18,037 bases of DNA, taken from NCBI GenBank assembly GCA_037917625.1, contig JAVCBY010000041.1:1-18037 (forward strand). The letters run 5' to 3'. This stretch comes from Thermoproteota archaeon. GTDB lineage: Archaea > Korarchaeota > Korarchaeia > Korarchaeales > Korarchaeaceae. Shown one piece after another: positions 15,936-18,037 of this stretch (its first letter is position 1; every line of letters begins with the position of its first letter). A model generated the notes under the pieces. It did not search any database, was not told the DNA's origin, and worked only from the letters and a program-made list of their open reading frames with translations. Made by a program: the position numbers and the translations under genes.

Positions 15936-17294
15936 CTAATCGCACGATTGAGCACAAAGGTCCTCGAGGTCGATGAGCTTCACGTTCTCCTCCGCTTCGA
16001 ATGTGAACCCGCTCCTCGAATAGAGGAAGTAGACTTCCTTCCGCTCTTCAATCTTCCAATTGAATGCTTCAGCTTTTCTTTCCAGTTCTCGGAGCACAGA
16101 CTTGTCCAGAGGATGCTTCGACCACCTCGCTTCCATGAAATAGGTTACTTTATTCTTCTCATCGATCGCTACCCCATCTATTTCCACGTCGCCCTTCCAC
16201 CACCTACCGGCTTTCACCGCGGGCACCTTGCGAGAAAAATGTTCGAGAGCTAAATCCTCGAAGACGGCAGAAACGTACACGTCCAGCTGCTCTGCAATCC
16301 TAGAAGCGACGCGCTCGACCTCGCCGAGCTCCAGCAGATATAAGTTGGGTCTCACGAACTTGAACCAGAAGCGGAGGAGGTTGTCCTTTATCCGGTACCT
16401 AGCTCGACCGCGTCTCCCCTCCTCCAGCAGAGGGTAGCTCCTCTCCACAATATCGAGCAGAGTCTCTAGGATCCTCATGTACTTAGGCAGCTCACTCGAG
16501 GATAACCCGCACTTCGACGCGATCTCGCCGAGAGTCGTAGCGCCTGATGCCATAGCCTCCAGGATCGACATGTACCTTAAGGGCTCTCTCGTCTCGGTCG
16601 CCAGCAGAAAGTAGGGTTCCTCGCGTAAAGGCCCCCCATGTTCTAGAATAAGGCCCTTAACGTTCTCCATTAGGCTTTTGGAGCTGTCGAGAAGAGAGAG
16701 GTAAGCGGGGGTTCCTCCGAACACGGCGTACGCCCTGACTTTATCCTCGCAAGACCATCCGGGAGTGAACTCCTTTGCGCATGAGAAAGCGAAGGGTTTC
16801 ACCTTAAGCTGCCCAGTGCGCCTGCCGAAAATGGGGGATGATGAGAGAGCAGTTCTCTCGACTACACCGACAGAGGAACCGCTCAGAACAAGGAAAATCT
16901 TCGTTCCACTTAGAAGTTCGTCCCAAGCTGCCTGTAGCTCCATCAGGAAAGCTGGATCGTGCTCCGCCAACCGCTGGAACTCATCGATCACAACGATCAG
17001 CCTGCTTTCCCTGCATTGCTCTGCAATATACTTGAACAATTCCCTATAGCTGCGTAAAAGAGGAGGGTAAACGCCCAGCTGCTCGCCTATAGCCTCAGAC
17101 AGCTCCTGAAGGATATCGCCCAGCTTAGTTACCACGAAATACACGCCCCTCTTTCCGGAGAGGAACCTCCTCAGCAGGAATGTCTTACCAACTCTCCTAC
17201 GTCCGTACACAACCAAGAGCTCAGCTCTACCCGATAGGAACTTCCTCTCCAGGAAGGTCAGCTCCCTGATCCTATTTATGAATGTGTTCATCAT
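15936..17294 (-). CDS. Archaeal P-loop ATPase (ATPase_2, COG1672-like) with wHTH region and C-terminal DUF234 PD-(D/E)XK-like domain
   Basis: Motifs FINRIREL, Walker A YGRRRVGKT, Walker B VVIDEFQ, LSGSS, SPIFGRRT, FGGTPAYL, YRIKDNLLRFWFKFV and GRWWKGDVEIDGVA...FMEARW. The start is uncertain among several ATGs at 17291-17327. Confidence 0.92.
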   Translation of the reverse strand: MMNTFINRIRELTFLERKFLSGRAELLVVYGRRRVGKTFLLRRFLSGKRGVYFVVTKLGDILQELSEAIGEQLGVYPPLLRSYRELFKYIAEQCRESRLIVVIDEFQRLAEHDPAFLMELQAAWDELLSGTKIFLVLSGSSVGVVERTALSSSPIFGRRTGQLKVKPFAFSCAKEFTPGWSCEDKVRAYAVFGGTPAYLSLLDSSKSLMENVKGLILEHGGPLREEPYFLLATETREPLRYMSILEAMASGATTLGEIASKCGLSSSELPKYMRILETLLDIVERSYPLLEEGRRGRARYRIKDNLLRFWFKFVRPNLYLLELGEVERVASRIAEQLDVYVSAVFEDLALEHFSRKVPAVKAGRWWKGDVEIDGVAIDEKNKVTYFMEARWSKHPLDKSVLRELERKAEAFNWKIEERKEVYFLYSRSGFTFEAEENVKLIDLEDLCAQSCD

Positions 17295-17324
17295 GATCGC
17301 ATTCATGATGAACATGTTCATAAA
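17275..17324. repeat. 22-bp inverted repeat (20/22) made of three tandem 14-bp ATGA-N6-TCAT boxes; putative operator
   Basis: Boxes: atgaatgtgttcat (17278-17291), atgatcgcattcat (17293-17306) and atgaacatgttcat (17308-17321, a perfect palindrome). The arms are 17275-17296 and 17303-17324. Confidence 0.85.
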
Positions 17325-17577
17325 CATTACCCCAAACCGCGCGTAGGAGCTCGTCTCCTTAGTGGGCTTCCAGAAAATTAGGTGAAAAGTCTGCCCCCCG
17401 AAGGGTGGTTCCCGGGTCGGGGGTTACAATCTTCGGCGGGTGCTACTCGGTTGCGGTCTATTATCAGGAGGGCCAGCCAGCGAGATCATACAATGCACCT
17501 TAATAGCTGAGGGCTTCAGCTTCCCTGCGCTTCATTCACTGCCCTGGCTTCAACTCCCCAACATCGGTGGACTTGCT

Positions 17578-17794
17578 CGAGAAGGCCACCACCAGAGAGG
17601 CGCAGCGATCAGCTTACTACCGTACGAGCTAGTCCCCGGGATCCCAGGTTACGGGGGGGTGCAGCGCATGGCTTCAGAGGCTTTTACAAGGCCGTCGAGC
17701 TCCCCTTTTATTCAACCCGTCGAGAGAATTACGAAGGTGACCTGAGTGAGCTGGGTGAGCGAGGCCCCTTCTTGATCACGAAGTCCACTTTCCC
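17578..17794 (-). pseudogene. Frameshifted C-terminal remnant of a COG1373/DUF4143-type ATPase
   Basis: Across frames it reads GKVDFVIKKG / LTQLTQVTF / SLDGLNKR / ELDGLVKASEAMRC / VTWD / KLIAAPLWWW. This is collinear with the family tail 'EVDFV..G....LIQVTY...RE..AL.KA....C...ITWD...PLWKWLL'. Confidence 0.75.
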
Positions 17795-17795
17795 C

Positions 17796-18037
17796 TGGCT
17801 TCACGGGCACCTCCACCACGGGCTCGCCGGACAGCCCGACGCGACCGGGATCCAGCCACTCCACGCCCTCAACGCCTAGAGAAACCAGGCCGGCACCCTT
17901 AACCCTCACGAGGAGCCTACCCCACTCACCATCGTAGGGGCTGGAATACTCTACACCGAGAATACTTGGAGCATCAGCAACTCCAGGCTCGGCAGCCTTA
18001 ACCCCCTAGCCTCCTGCCTTTTTAGCCTCAGCCTTCC
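17796..18037 (-). pseudogene. Fragment of an archaeal beta-rich domain resembling those in Thermofilaceae multi-domain kinases/ATPases
   Basis: Reads KAEAKKAGG*GVKAAEPG...YDGEWGRLLVRVKGAGLVSLGVEGVEWLDPGRVGLSGEPVVEVPVKP, with an in-frame TAG near 18006 and an abrupt junction with the DUF4143 remnant. The family resemblance is from memory and has not been searched. Confidence 0.5.

Noticed and set aside
15882..17049. + strand ORFs overlapping the ATPase
   Set aside because: Antisense shadows.
17278..17321. Repeat array as a mini-CRISPR or IS terminal repeat
   Set aside because: Units are 14 bp with 1-bp gaps; no spacers, cas genes, transposase or partner end.
17395..17423. GC hairpin cccccga...tcggggg as a tRNA fragment or IS200/IS605 end
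   Set aside because: Only a 7-bp stem; no cloverleaf or T-loop consensus and no tnpA/tnpB remnant.
17440..17745. 101-aa + strand ORF
   Set aside because: Mostly antisense to the DUF4143 remnant; no recognisable motifs.

Overview
Archaeal chromosomal window. The AGG/AGA- and ATA-rich codon usage, TATA-box promoters and gene content suggest a Korarchaeota-like hyperthermophile; this is inference, not a database result. About 1-13072 is gene-dense: a secreted Cys-rich protein, two membrane hypotheticals, a DUF763 protein, a nitroreductase, a Cys-rich PflA/AmmeMemo-like radical SAM enzyme, a co-directional TRAP fused permease / TAXI binding protein / DUF1850 / TIGR04076 / HAD hydrolase cluster, a decayed HD-domain (COG3294-like) gene, yjbQ, a Trm14-like tRNA methyltransferase and a DUF116 protein. 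From about 13090 to the end the style changes to an accessory region richer in CpG and CGN codons. It has two apparently intact genes (a large Ig-like surface protein and an archaeal ATPase/DUF234) among gene fragments: MFS, SHOCT-like, a frameshifted DUF4143-type ATPase C-terminus and a Thermofilaceae-like domain. A triple 14-bp palindromic array lies over the ATPase start. No rRNA, tRNA, CRISPR array or transposase was seen. Family calls come from motif recognition, not searches. No new system can be proven from sequence alone. The best candidates are the TAXI-TRAP/TIGR04076/atypical HAD module and the operator-capped ATPase-nuclease in the decaying island.
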